DNA of 64,000 nucleotides from a virus, in IMG/VR virus record IMGVR_UViG_3300021957_003133, positions 32,001-96,000 of that record, one strand, 5' to 3'. Below, one piece after another: positions 30,679-39,171 of this stretch. The translations under genes and the position numbers were made by a program. The first letter of the stretch is position 1. Every line of letters starts with the position of its first letter. The notes below the pieces were generated by a model. The model was not told where the DNA came from, did not search any database, and was given only the letters and a program-made list of their open reading frames with translations.

Positions 30679-31969
30679 GAATAGACCAGAAACGCTGTGT
30701 ATGGCTCCGTGGACTCATACTTACCTATCGCCACAGACTGAACGTAGAATGTGCTGTGCTAGTCGTGAGGATGCACAATCATTTGAGCAGTATATAGATA
30801 CCAAAGCTGGCACAGGCAAATACCAACCAATCACTTTAGAAAAACACTGGAATTCAGACCATATGAAATCAGTGCGTAAACGCATGATGGCTGGAGAAAC
30901 CTTAAAGGAATGTGCCGTATGTAACGATAAGCTGTTGAATACTGATGTTTACCGTAGTTATTTCAACCGAATGTTTAGCGATAAGTATGATAGTATATGG
31001 GACACTACAGATGATACGGGCTACACCACAACAAAGCCTGTAAGCTGGGATTATAGATTCAGCAATCTCTGTAACTTTAAGTGTCGCACGTGCGGTGACA
31101 TGTTGTCAAGTGCATGGGAGTCAGAGCAAAGACAGCATAACACTATCAATTGGGATAATCCTAGAAACAATTGGATGAAACCCGACATTAGGAAACAGAT
31201 ATCTGAGTTTCAGGACAATCAAATTGAGAAAGAGTTCGCAGATGCTGTAGAATCTCATCAAATTGAGGAAGTATATTGGGTTGGTGGTGAGCCATTGATG
31301 TACGATCAACACTGGAGATACATGAAACGTATCGTTGATTTAGGAGATGGGAAAAATGTTTACGCTAGATACAACACAAATCTTAGTCGCATCAATTATC
31401 GCGGTATCAACCTCTATACTGATATTCTATCTAGGCTACAGGATTGGCAAATATGTGCAAGCCTTGATGGTACAGGAAGAATTGGAGAATATATCAGGAC
31501 AGGTCTCAACTATCAAACGTGGGTTGAAAACTTTAAGGAAGGTCTTAAGGGAGTTACTAACGATCGTCAAATGAGAATAGACTTTACACTTACCTTACCG
31601 GGTATGTTTGAGGTTAAAGAGATGGACAAGCTAGCTTATAATTTAGATAGTGAGATATTGGCCAAAGTAATATTCAGTTTCACACCAGACATCATTATGA
31701 GTCCGTTAGCACTGCCAAGGAAACTATTAGAAGAGTGGATTGATGATATATTAGAATCCAAGCTATGTAAACCTGTACTGATAGATATGCTTACCCAACT
31801 AAAAACAAGACCTACGTTCGAAGAACAATGGCCTGATACCTATCAAGAAAGTCTTGCAAAAGGCAAGCGTCGTGTGTTACAATTAGAGAGTATACGTAAA
31901 GATGAATTTACTTTAGCGGATATTTTAAAATCAAGGAAAGAAGTATATGAGTGGTATCAATCAATCTAA
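30665..31969 (+). CDS. Radical SAM enzyme with N-terminal twitch domain (5 of 5)
   Basis: CNFKCRTC, VGGEP; CMAPW...MCC...CAVC. Confidence 0.88.
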   Translation: MKQPKNRPETLCMAPWTHTYLSPQTERRMCCASREDAQSFEQYIDTKAGTGKYQPITLEKHWNSDHMKSVRKRMMAGETLKECAVCNDKLLNTDVYRSYFNRMFSDKYDSIWDTTDDTGYTTTKPVSWDYRFSNLCNFKCRTCGDMLSSAWESEQRQHNTINWDNPRNNWMKPDIRKQISEFQDNQIEKEFADAVESHQIEEVYWVGGEPLMYDQHWRYMKRIVDLGDGKNVYARYNTNLSRINYRGINLYTDILSRLQDWQICASLDGTGRIGEYIRTGLNYQTWVENFKEGLKGVTNDRQMRIDFTLTLPGMFEVKEMDKLAYNLDSEILAKVIFSFTPDIIMSPLALPRKLLEEWIDDILESKLCKPVLIDMLTQLKTRPTFEEQWPDTYQESLAKGKRRVLQLESIRKDEFTLADILKSRKEVYEWYQSI

Positions 31970-33029
31970 GGTTTCAGTAACACTAAGAAATCCTTTAGTT
32001 CGCGATGATCAAATAACATATGACATCATCCTGAATGATACCCAATTGGCTAAAGACTGGGTTGATGCTCTTAAACAGATATTACAAAACAACAATCTAT
32101 TAGAAAAGAACTTTTGTTTCTTAGGGTTTCCAGATACACAACGTAATATTAAATATCTCAGTAATGAACTTAAACAAGCTGTCGACACTATCAATCAATA
32201 CTTCGACGATTACGAGATTACAGAAACGTACACACCTGAAACACTACGCAACGGCTTAGATCCTAATCAAGATCTTATGAATCAATTACATAATCATTTT
32301 GAAGTACTGCAAGGAACTGTAGAGAATCTTAGTGATTACTATAGACGTGCTGACCACGAAACAAAGTATGCCATAAGACAGTTAAACATTATCTGTCACG
32401 AGTTAGAAAGTTTGATGTTAAGCTTACGTAAAAAAGTTAACGCTCCTGATTGGGTACGTAGCAGTCAAATAACTACATTTTTACAGTGTGAAAGATTCGA
32501 GTTAACACATGAACATAGACAAGGATTCTTAACCAACGGATATGATAGACAGTTTGGCGGTGTTTATATGCACTGGACACAGATAGGTAAAACACTGTTT
32601 GAAGTATTCAATGATGAAGGCGCTCCAGAACTAACAGATGCAGTATGTGACGCTATAACACACCTACAATACTATTCAGGTGAGTTTGATGTTGAATGGG
32701 GTAACACTGTTAACAGAGGAGACAGCACAGTGCCTTGGCATAATCAGGCACAAGATAAATTTGAACAATGGTTACGAGATAATCAGTTGGATCCTACGAA
32801 TACTCAATTGAGTTTAGGATATTTGCCGTTGGGCAATATTGATCTTACTACGTTTGGCACAGACGATCCCAATGAGATAAGAGAAATACTAGGACGTTAC
32901 CTTGATATCTATAAAATTAAAGTTGACGGAGTGTCGAATACTTTCGAATACTGCTGGACTGATGATGATTACAAGCAACAACAAATTAATAGGATGATTC
33001 CAGGATATGATTTTAGTAGCAGGGGGTGA
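31947..33029 (+). CDS. Hypothetical protein (His/Glu-rich helical motifs)
   Basis: 360-aa coupled ORF; NQLHNHFE and LNIICHELE motifs. Confidence 0.7.
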   Translation: MSGINQSKVSVTLRNPLVRDDQITYDIILNDTQLAKDWVDALKQILQNNNLLEKNFCFLGFPDTQRNIKYLSNELKQAVDTINQYFDDYEITETYTPETLRNGLDPNQDLMNQLHNHFEVLQGTVENLSDYYRRADHETKYAIRQLNIICHELESLMLSLRKKVNAPDWVRSSQITTFLQCERFELTHEHRQGFLTNGYDRQFGGVYMHWTQIGKTLFEVFNDEGAPELTDAVCDAITHLQYYSGEFDVEWGNTVNRGDSTVPWHNQAQDKFEQWLRDNQLDPTNTQLSLGYLPLGNIDLTTFGTDDPNEIREILGRYLDIYKIKVDGVSNTFEYCWTDDDYKQQQINRMIPGYDFSSRG

Positions 33030-33825
33030 TAGTTTTGTTTGGGGCAGTGAGTTAGGAGACTGCAACCATGATCATGTTGAGACTCTTGGTAGTTCTAGTG
33101 GACATAGTAGTCTTACATTTCCAGCTATTTTAGGACAAGACTACGAATACCAATGTTGTGCTTATCCAGGAAACGGTAATGATACTATTGCTAGAAATGT
33201 TATTATAGCATGCGAAAAAAATAAAGAACAAAATCAAGCACAAGTAGTTTCAGTAACATGGACTTTCCCAGGGAGATACGAATTTCATGTAGAAACTAGT
33301 CAAGGTGCTAAATGGGAAACTATTAATTCATGGACAGTAGGTAAGAAATATACTGAAGAATCTGATCAACATTTAAATGAATTTGTCGAACAATTTAACG
33401 AACATGCTGAAAGTCTGGGTATAGTAAAATTTGCTAAATCTTATTTTGCTAATGTTGGACATTTAGAGTATTGGGAAACTTATACTGCTATTAAAGAAAT
33501 AGTATATTTGCAAAATTATCTCAAAGCAAATAATATTCAGTATCTATTTACATGTGCAGATGTTGGGTTTCTTAATAATCACACAATAAAAGTCGCAGAT
33601 GATACTATACGTTCGCTGTATAATCAAATTGATTTTGACCGTTGGTACTTGTTTCCTAAAGGTAGCAGAGCAAACGAAACCACAGTACCAAGAGGTTTTT
33701 ACCAATGGGCATTGGAAAATAAGTATAGTATAGGCCCGATGAATCACCCGCTAGAGAAAGCACATCGAGATGCCGCTCTATTAATAAAGGATAAATTTAA
33801 TGAATTGGTTCAAAAAAATAATTAA
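33007..33825 (+). CDS. SGNH/GDSL-fold protein
   Basis: GGDSFVWG, AYPGNGN, WTFPGR, NHPLEKAH. Confidence 0.6.
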   Translation: MILVAGGDSFVWGSELGDCNHDHVETLGSSSGHSSLTFPAILGQDYEYQCCAYPGNGNDTIARNVIIACEKNKEQNQAQVVSVTWTFPGRYEFHVETSQGAKWETINSWTVGKKYTEESDQHLNEFVEQFNEHAESLGIVKFAKSYFANVGHLEYWETYTAIKEIVYLQNYLKANNIQYLFTCADVGFLNNHTIKVADDTIRSLYNQIDFDRWYLFPKGSRANETTVPRGFYQWALENKYSIGPMNHPLEKAHRDAALLIKDKFNELVQKNN

Positions 33826-33901
33826 TCGAATAAAGATGGAACTTCGATATCGTAAAAAGTTAAAAGAACTTAAAAAACGAGATCCGTTTATCTATAAATG
33901 A
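33800..33901 (+). CDS. 33-aa highly basic peptide (not in the ORF track)
   Basis: MNWFKKIINRIKMELRYRKKLKELKKRDPFIYK; fills the gap exactly and has an ATGA overlap with 33898. Confidence 0.6.
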   Translation: MNWFKKIINRIKMELRYRKKLKELKKRDPFIYK

Positions 33902-34533
33902 AATTACTAACAGTAGGAGATAGTTTTACTTACGGTGAAGAGCTTGTAGATATAAACAATGCTTGGCCTTACCTACTAGGTAAACAGATAGACTACGAAG
34001 TTACTAATCTAGGAAGTCCAGGATGTAGTAATGCCCGTATGATTCGCAATGTTATAGAAAATGCAGACAAGCATGATTTAATTATCATTGCCTGGAGTCA
34101 TTTTGCTAGATTAGAAGTATCAGATGAGAATGGTACTTATGATCTTTGGCCAGGTGGGTCGGGAGTATTCTTTACTGGAGAGTTGAAGTATAGGAAAGAA
34201 CTAATAAACTATGTAAACAGACACCACAATGATGAATATTTGTATAATCAATACACAACTAATATTGTGCTAGTACAAAAATATTTAGAATCTAAAGGCA
34301 AGCGTTACATCATGATGGATACGTTTGGAAATCATCAAGACAAACAAAGACAGTCTAATGGTTTAATCAGTCAAGTAAACGATCAGTATTATATTGGGTG
34401 GCCAACAGAAAGCATGATGGAATGGACCTATAAAACACCACAAGGTCCAGCAGGACATTTTTTAGAAGAAGGACATCAAAAAGTAGCAGAAAAAATCAAT
34501 GAATATATTAGGAATATCGGCTGGGTTTCATGA
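33898..34533 (+). CDS. SGNH/GDSL-fold protein
   Basis: GDSFTYG, NLGSPGCSN, WSHFAR, GHFLEEGH. Confidence 0.65.
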   Translation: MKLLTVGDSFTYGEELVDINNAWPYLLGKQIDYEVTNLGSPGCSNARMIRNVIENADKHDLIIIAWSHFARLEVSDENGTYDLWPGGSGVFFTGELKYRKELINYVNRHHNDEYLYNQYTTNIVLVQKYLESKGKRYIMMDTFGNHQDKQRQSNGLISQVNDQYYIGWPTESMMEWTYKTPQGPAGHFLEEGHQKVAEKINEYIRNIGWVS

Positions 34534-35989
34534 TGCTGGCATGAGTTGTGTGAGTGATGGTGAAATTTTATTTGCCGCACACAGCGAACGTTACAGTAGA
34601 CAAAAACATGATAGCAAACTGTGCAGTGAAATGCTGTTTGATTGTTTGTCACGAACCGGCTTACCTGATGTTATTGCCTATTACGAAAGACCCTGGGTTA
34701 AAAAAACTAGACAACTGTATGCAGGGCAATGGAACTCTTTATGGTCAGATTGGTCAGTGCGTAGCATGATCAATGAGATTGATATAGAAGGGGCTTTAAA
34801 ACATGTACCCATAAAAACTTATAATCATCACCTGTCACATGCGGCCGCTGGCTTTCAAACATCACCATACAAAGACAGCACAGTTGTAGTCATTGATGCC
34901 ATTGGGGAATGGGACACTATTAGTATATGGGACGCAAGATACGATAGTCAAGGGCAAGCAACATATAAAAAATTATGGGGCCAAAAGTATCCACATTCAA
35001 TTGGGTTAATGTATTCAGCGTTTACTAAAGAAGTTGGACTACGTCCTTTAGATGAAGAATACATTTTAATGGGAATGGCCGCATACGGGCAAAGTCATTT
35101 TAAAGACGCATTTAAAACAGTGTTGTTAGATGAACCCACCAGTTTAACATTTAGACATAATCTACATCTTGGGTTACCAGATGGTGGTGAAGGTGGCTAT
35201 GGAGAAAACTTTGATGTAGCCGCTGGGGCACAAGAACTGGTAGAAGAACTTATCAATGAAGTAATACGCATATCTAAAAAATTAGGTATAAGCAAGAACT
35301 TAACTTATATGGGTGGTGTGGCTCTAAATTGTTCAGCCAATAGAGACCTAGGACAGTATTATAATAATATATGGATTATGCCTAATCCAGGAGATGCTGG
35401 CTCAAGTTTAGGTGCCGCGGCATTAACATACGGAAAACAATTAAATTGGAAAGATGCTTATTTAGGATATGATATCAAAGGTGAATACCCAGTTAAAGAT
35501 TTGTTAACAGAATTATTAGAAAACAAGATAGTAGGTGTTGCTAACGGACCTGCAGAGTTTGGTCCTAGAGCTTTAGGCAACAGAAGTTTACTAGCAGATC
35601 CAAGAGGGCCAGAAATAAAAGATCAAGTAAACGAAATTAAACGTAGACAAAAGTTTAGACCATTTGCTCCTGTTATCTTAGAAGAATACGCCAACGAGTA
35701 TTTTCAAATGCCTTCGGGTTTTCCTACTAGCGATTATATGCAGGTAACAGCCTTATGCAATTTTCCTAAACAATTCCCAGCAATTATCCATCACGACGGA
35801 ACTAGTCGTGTACAAACAGTACCTAAAAATTCACGCAGTGGTATAAGACAATTACTAGAAGCTTGGCATGTATGGACAGGATGTCCTATGTTACTTAATA
35901 CTAGCCTTAATATTAGAGGAGAACCAATGGTAAACAGTCGCAGTGACGCAGAAAGATTCCAAGAACATTATGGGATTCGTGTGTTATGA
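34499..35989 (+). CDS. Carbamoyltransferase (NodU/CmcH/TobZ family)
   Basis: HD, ERYSRQKH, HHLSHAA, DAIGE, GGVALNC, PGDAG, EFGPRALGNRS, FRPFAP, LLNTSLN. Confidence 0.92.
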   Translation: MNILGISAGFHDAGMSCVSDGEILFAAHSERYSRQKHDSKLCSEMLFDCLSRTGLPDVIAYYERPWVKKTRQLYAGQWNSLWSDWSVRSMINEIDIEGALKHVPIKTYNHHLSHAAAGFQTSPYKDSTVVVIDAIGEWDTISIWDARYDSQGQATYKKLWGQKYPHSIGLMYSAFTKEVGLRPLDEEYILMGMAAYGQSHFKDAFKTVLLDEPTSLTFRHNLHLGLPDGGEGGYGENFDVAAGAQELVEELINEVIRISKKLGISKNLTYMGGVALNCSANRDLGQYYNNIWIMPNPGDAGSSLGAAALTYGKQLNWKDAYLGYDIKGEYPVKDLLTELLENKIVGVANGPAEFGPRALGNRSLLADPRGPEIKDQVNEIKRRQKFRPFAPVILEEYANEYFQMPSGFPTSDYMQVTALCNFPKQFPAIIHHDGTSRVQTVPKNSRSGIRQLLEAWHVWTGCPMLLNTSLNIRGEPMVNSRSDAERFQEHYGIRVL

Positions 35990-36408
35990 AAATATTAATA
36001 TGCGGATTACCAGGAAGTGGTAAAACAACTTTAGCAAAACCATTTGCGGAACTGTTAGGTGGTGTCTGGATAAATGCTGATAGTATTAGAAAACAATATG
36101 ATGATTGGGACTTCAGTGATGAGGGCAGATTACGTCAAGCTGAACGAATGCGTTTACTAGCAGACGGTGTTGAACTAGCAGGTAAAGTTGCTGTGTGTGA
36201 TTTTGTTTGCCCTACAGAACAAACACGACAAGCACTTGATGCTGATTATGTAGTATGGATGGATACTATTAAGGAAGGACGTTTTAATGATACTAATTTA
36301 ATATTTAAAAATCCTGATGTTGTCGACTATCGTGTAAGTGCTTGGTTTGACGACACTGATAAGGAATTAGTTAAAGTAGTATCAAACTATATAGAGAAAA
36401 GTAAATAA
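35986..36408 (+). CDS. Adenylylsulfate-kinase-like P-loop kinase
   Basis: GLPGSGKTT, NADSIR, DFSDEGRLRQ, FVCP; short CysC-like protein. Confidence 0.7.
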   Translation: MKILICGLPGSGKTTLAKPFAELLGGVWINADSIRKQYDDWDFSDEGRLRQAERMRLLADGVELAGKVAVCDFVCPTEQTRQALDADYVVWMDTIKEGRFNDTNLIFKNPDVVDYRVSAWFDDTDKELVKVVSNYIEKSK

Positions 36409-37700
36409 TGTACGACATATTCATCATGGATATGGGCGGTCACGACGACAACGTTAAGAGTCTTGTACAACGTTTCCCTCACGCTAAGGTGGTAAGATAC
36501 TACGATAATCATTTAGACACTGTAAAACGCTGTATTTCGCGTTGTAGGACCACATATGCTTGGGTAATTTCAAGTTGTTGCGACTATGCTAACTTTGATT
36601 TTGACTATCGACCTATACATCATCAAGCCTATCAAATACACTGTTGGGCTAGTGGCAATCAACAGTTCGGCGACACATTTCTAATACCAAAAGATGAATT
36701 CTTAAAGCAACAAGATATAGAACTGTTAGAATGGTATAAAGACATCAATTGGCACCAAGATGGTGTTCCAAGACTAGCTTGGCCTGTGTTAGAGTGTGAA
36801 ACAGAAGATATCACCCAGCATTTAAAAGACTGCGAGTTCGATAGCAGTTATGTATGGGTCAACCAACGCACAGACTATGATCCTTCACTGTGGAAAGATA
36901 GATGTTTTTACAGTTTTAACAAATCCGGTGATGTATCGTTAGCACCGCGTGAAATTCAGACACATTTAAGCACACAAATCTATGATTATCCATACATTAT
37001 CAAGCAAAAAGAAGCGTTTTTACCTTCTAAAACGTTGGATATTATCTACATCAGCAATGGCGAGATTGAAAGTGATCGTTGGTATGATCATGCAGTATCA
37101 ACATCGGGTAAAACAATCAAAAGAGTGCAAGATGTTAACGGAAGAGATCTTGCGATCAAACAGGCGGCCTATTTGAGTACAACACCATGGTTCTTTACTG
37201 TGTGGGCTAAGTTAGAAGTCGACACAGATTTTGATTGGCAATGGCAACCAGATTGTCTACAACAACCAAAACATTATATATTCCATGCACGTAATCCTGT
37301 TAACGGATTACAGTATGGGCACATGGCAATGGTAGCCTATAATCGTGAGTTAGTACTAGAAACACGTAAGTGGGGATTAGATTTTACCATGAGTAAATTA
37401 CACGGTGTTGTTCCTATTGTAAGCGGAACTGCTCACTATAATCGTGATCCATTGATGACTTGGCGTACAGCATTTCGTGAAGTAGTTAAATTAAAACAAG
37501 ACAGTGAAACAGGCAACATTGAAAGTCTACATAGACTACAGGTTTGGTTAACTAAAGCTGTTGGTGAAAATGCAGAATGGAGTCTACGTGGAGCAAAAGA
37601 TGCTGTTGAATATTATGAAAGCGTTAACGGTATTTTTAATAAGTTAATGTTATCGTTTGATTGGGATTGGTTAAAAAGTTATTACGACAAGCGTTACTAA
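36408..37700 (+). CDS. Two-domain GT-A-like protein; C-terminal domain paralogous to 23891
   Basis: YISNGE, RVQDVNG, NPVNGLQYG, TWRTAFREVVK. Confidence 0.5.
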   Translation: MYDIFIMDMGGHDDNVKSLVQRFPHAKVVRYYDNHLDTVKRCISRCRTTYAWVISSCCDYANFDFDYRPIHHQAYQIHCWASGNQQFGDTFLIPKDEFLKQQDIELLEWYKDINWHQDGVPRLAWPVLECETEDITQHLKDCEFDSSYVWVNQRTDYDPSLWKDRCFYSFNKSGDVSLAPREIQTHLSTQIYDYPYIIKQKEAFLPSKTLDIIYISNGEIESDRWYDHAVSTSGKTIKRVQDVNGRDLAIKQAAYLSTTPWFFTVWAKLEVDTDFDWQWQPDCLQQPKHYIFHARNPVNGLQYGHMAMVAYNRELVLETRKWGLDFTMSKLHGVVPIVSGTAHYNRDPLMTWRTAFREVVKLKQDSETGNIESLHRLQVWLTKAVGENAEWSLRGAKDAVEYYESVNGIFNKLMLSFDWDWLKSYYDKRY

Positions 37701-37704
37701 ATCG

Positions 37705-38673
37705 CTACTTCCATTCGTGTTCTTTCCACAGTGAAGGATGTTGTTGATACCATTCATAATACTTTACTAGACCCTGTTCAAAATTAACTTGGGGATTGTA
37801 ACCTAATTCTTTCTTAGCTAGTTCTGAACTAAGTCTACCACGTTTAGGAAATGCTAGGTCACGTTGATTTATTTTAATAGTTCCTTTACCTGCGATAGAG
37901 ATAGCAAGTTCGGCGGCCATTTTCAGTGTCCATAGTTTATCGCTTGAACGTGTTATGTTGTATATTTTATTTCGAGCTTGTTCACTGGTACTAGCTAGTG
38001 CGATTCCTTTTGCTGTGTCTTCTACATAGGTAAAGTCTAAGACTTCATCAGCACCATTTACCTGTAAGCATTCTCCACGCATTGCTTGAGTTATAAATTT
38101 ACCAACCACACGATCCTCAACGTCCCATTCACCGTAGACAGCACTTGGACGTACAATGGTATAATCAAAATGCTTGCTATAATCTTCTACTAACTTTTCT
38201 CCAGCATACTTTAAGATAGCATAACTGCCACGAGGGTCGCAGACTGCTGTTTCTGTTACATCATTGTCGAAGTCACCATAGACCATTGAGCTTGATATAT
38301 AAACAAATTTTTTAATTGTATATCTCTTACTGGCTTCTAGTAAATTCATTAGGCCCGATGACATCACATCACTTGCTAGTACAGGATTTTGATTTGCTAT
38401 CTTTTGTCTTGGAAAACTTGCTAGGTGTATGACTACATCTGGATTGAATTTCTTAAACACAGTATTAACAGCAGGGTCTCTGATATCTCCGATGTTTTGT
38501 TCACAGTCAACTCGTTTAAGTCTGTGATTGGCAAGATAAACTATTTCCTGCTCTGGAATAATTCCATACCCAGTCAAGCTGTCTAAGATCGAACATTGAT
38601 GTCCTTGTTGTTCAAGTTCTCGGACTACATTGTGTCCTATAAACCCAGCACCACCTGTTAACAGTATTCTCAA
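37705..38673 (-). CDS. NAD-dependent NDP-sugar epimerase/dehydratase (extended SDR)
   Basis: TGGAGFIG, HLAS, SSSMVYG, YAILK (YxxxK), DFTYVED. Confidence 0.9.
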   Translation of the reverse strand: MRILLTGGAGFIGHNVVRELEQQGHQCSILDSLTGYGIIPEQEIVYLANHRLKRVDCEQNIGDIRDPAVNTVFKKFNPDVVIHLASFPRQKIANQNPVLASDVMSSGLMNLLEASKRYTIKKFVYISSSMVYGDFDNDVTETAVCDPRGSYAILKYAGEKLVEDYSKHFDYTIVRPSAVYGEWDVEDRVVGKFITQAMRGECLQVNGADEVLDFTYVEDTAKGIALASTSEQARNKIYNITRSSDKLWTLKMAAELAISIAGKGTIKINQRDLAFPKRGRLSSELAKKELGYNPQVNFEQGLVKYYEWYQQHPSLWKEHEWK

Positions 38674-39035
38674 TCTTGTGTTTTTATGAAAGGTTTAAGA
38701 TTAGGCCCAACCCATCCTTCAGGTTTAAGAACTTTGCCATCTTCACGTTTTGTAACTTTGCCTGTATTGGGATCGATCTTAGCAAAGTTTGTGTCCATTA
38801 CTTCTTTCCAGGCACCTTGTCCATCAAAGCCGCCTGCTCTGATAGCACCCATAGTAACAACTAAGATATCTACTAGTGCATCTAACTGCTCTACTTTATC
38901 TTGTGCCATCAATGCTTCAGCAAGTTCTCCAATTTCTTCATTAATGAGACCTAAATACATTTGATAGTTTTGATCGTTTGCTGGTTGATCGCATGCTTCA
39001 GCGAATCGATTAATGTCATTAAATACATCAGTCAT
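38670..39035 (-). CDS. MazG-like all-alpha NTP pyrophosphohydrolase (dUTPase-like)
   Basis: EEIGEL...DALVD...MDTNFAK...DGKVLKP; likely ATG at 39035. Confidence 0.75.
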   Translation of the reverse strand: MTDVFNDINRFAEACDQPANDQNYQMYLGLINEEIGELAEALMAQDKVEQLDALVDILVVTMGAIRAGGFDGQGAWKEVMDTNFAKIDPNTGKVTKREDGKVLKPEGWVGPNLKPFIKTQD

Positions 39036-39159
39036 TGTTTGGGTCCTCTTTACAATTTGAAAAGTCACTTATAAGTTGTAGTAAACGTTTACGTGTAGCT
39101 TCGTCATCGATACTGTAAATTGCTGTACGTAAGTTTACAAGAAATGATTGTAGTTTCAT
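39028..39159 (-). CDS. 43-aa hypothetical protein (not in the ORF track)
   Basis: MKLQSFLVNLRTAIYSIDDEATRKRLLQLISDFSNCKEDPNND with an AGGAG RBS. Confidence 0.5.
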   Translation of the reverse strand: MKLQSFLVNLRTAIYSIDDEATRKRLLQLISDFSNCKEDPNND

Positions 39160-39171
39160 TGATAATATCTC

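Noticed and set aside
24777-31969. Radical SAMs as MoaA, NrdG or anaerobic sulfatase maturases
   Set aside because: The auxiliary Cys cluster is N-terminal, there is no MoaA C-terminal GG, and no partner genes (moaC, nrdD, sulfatase) are in the window.
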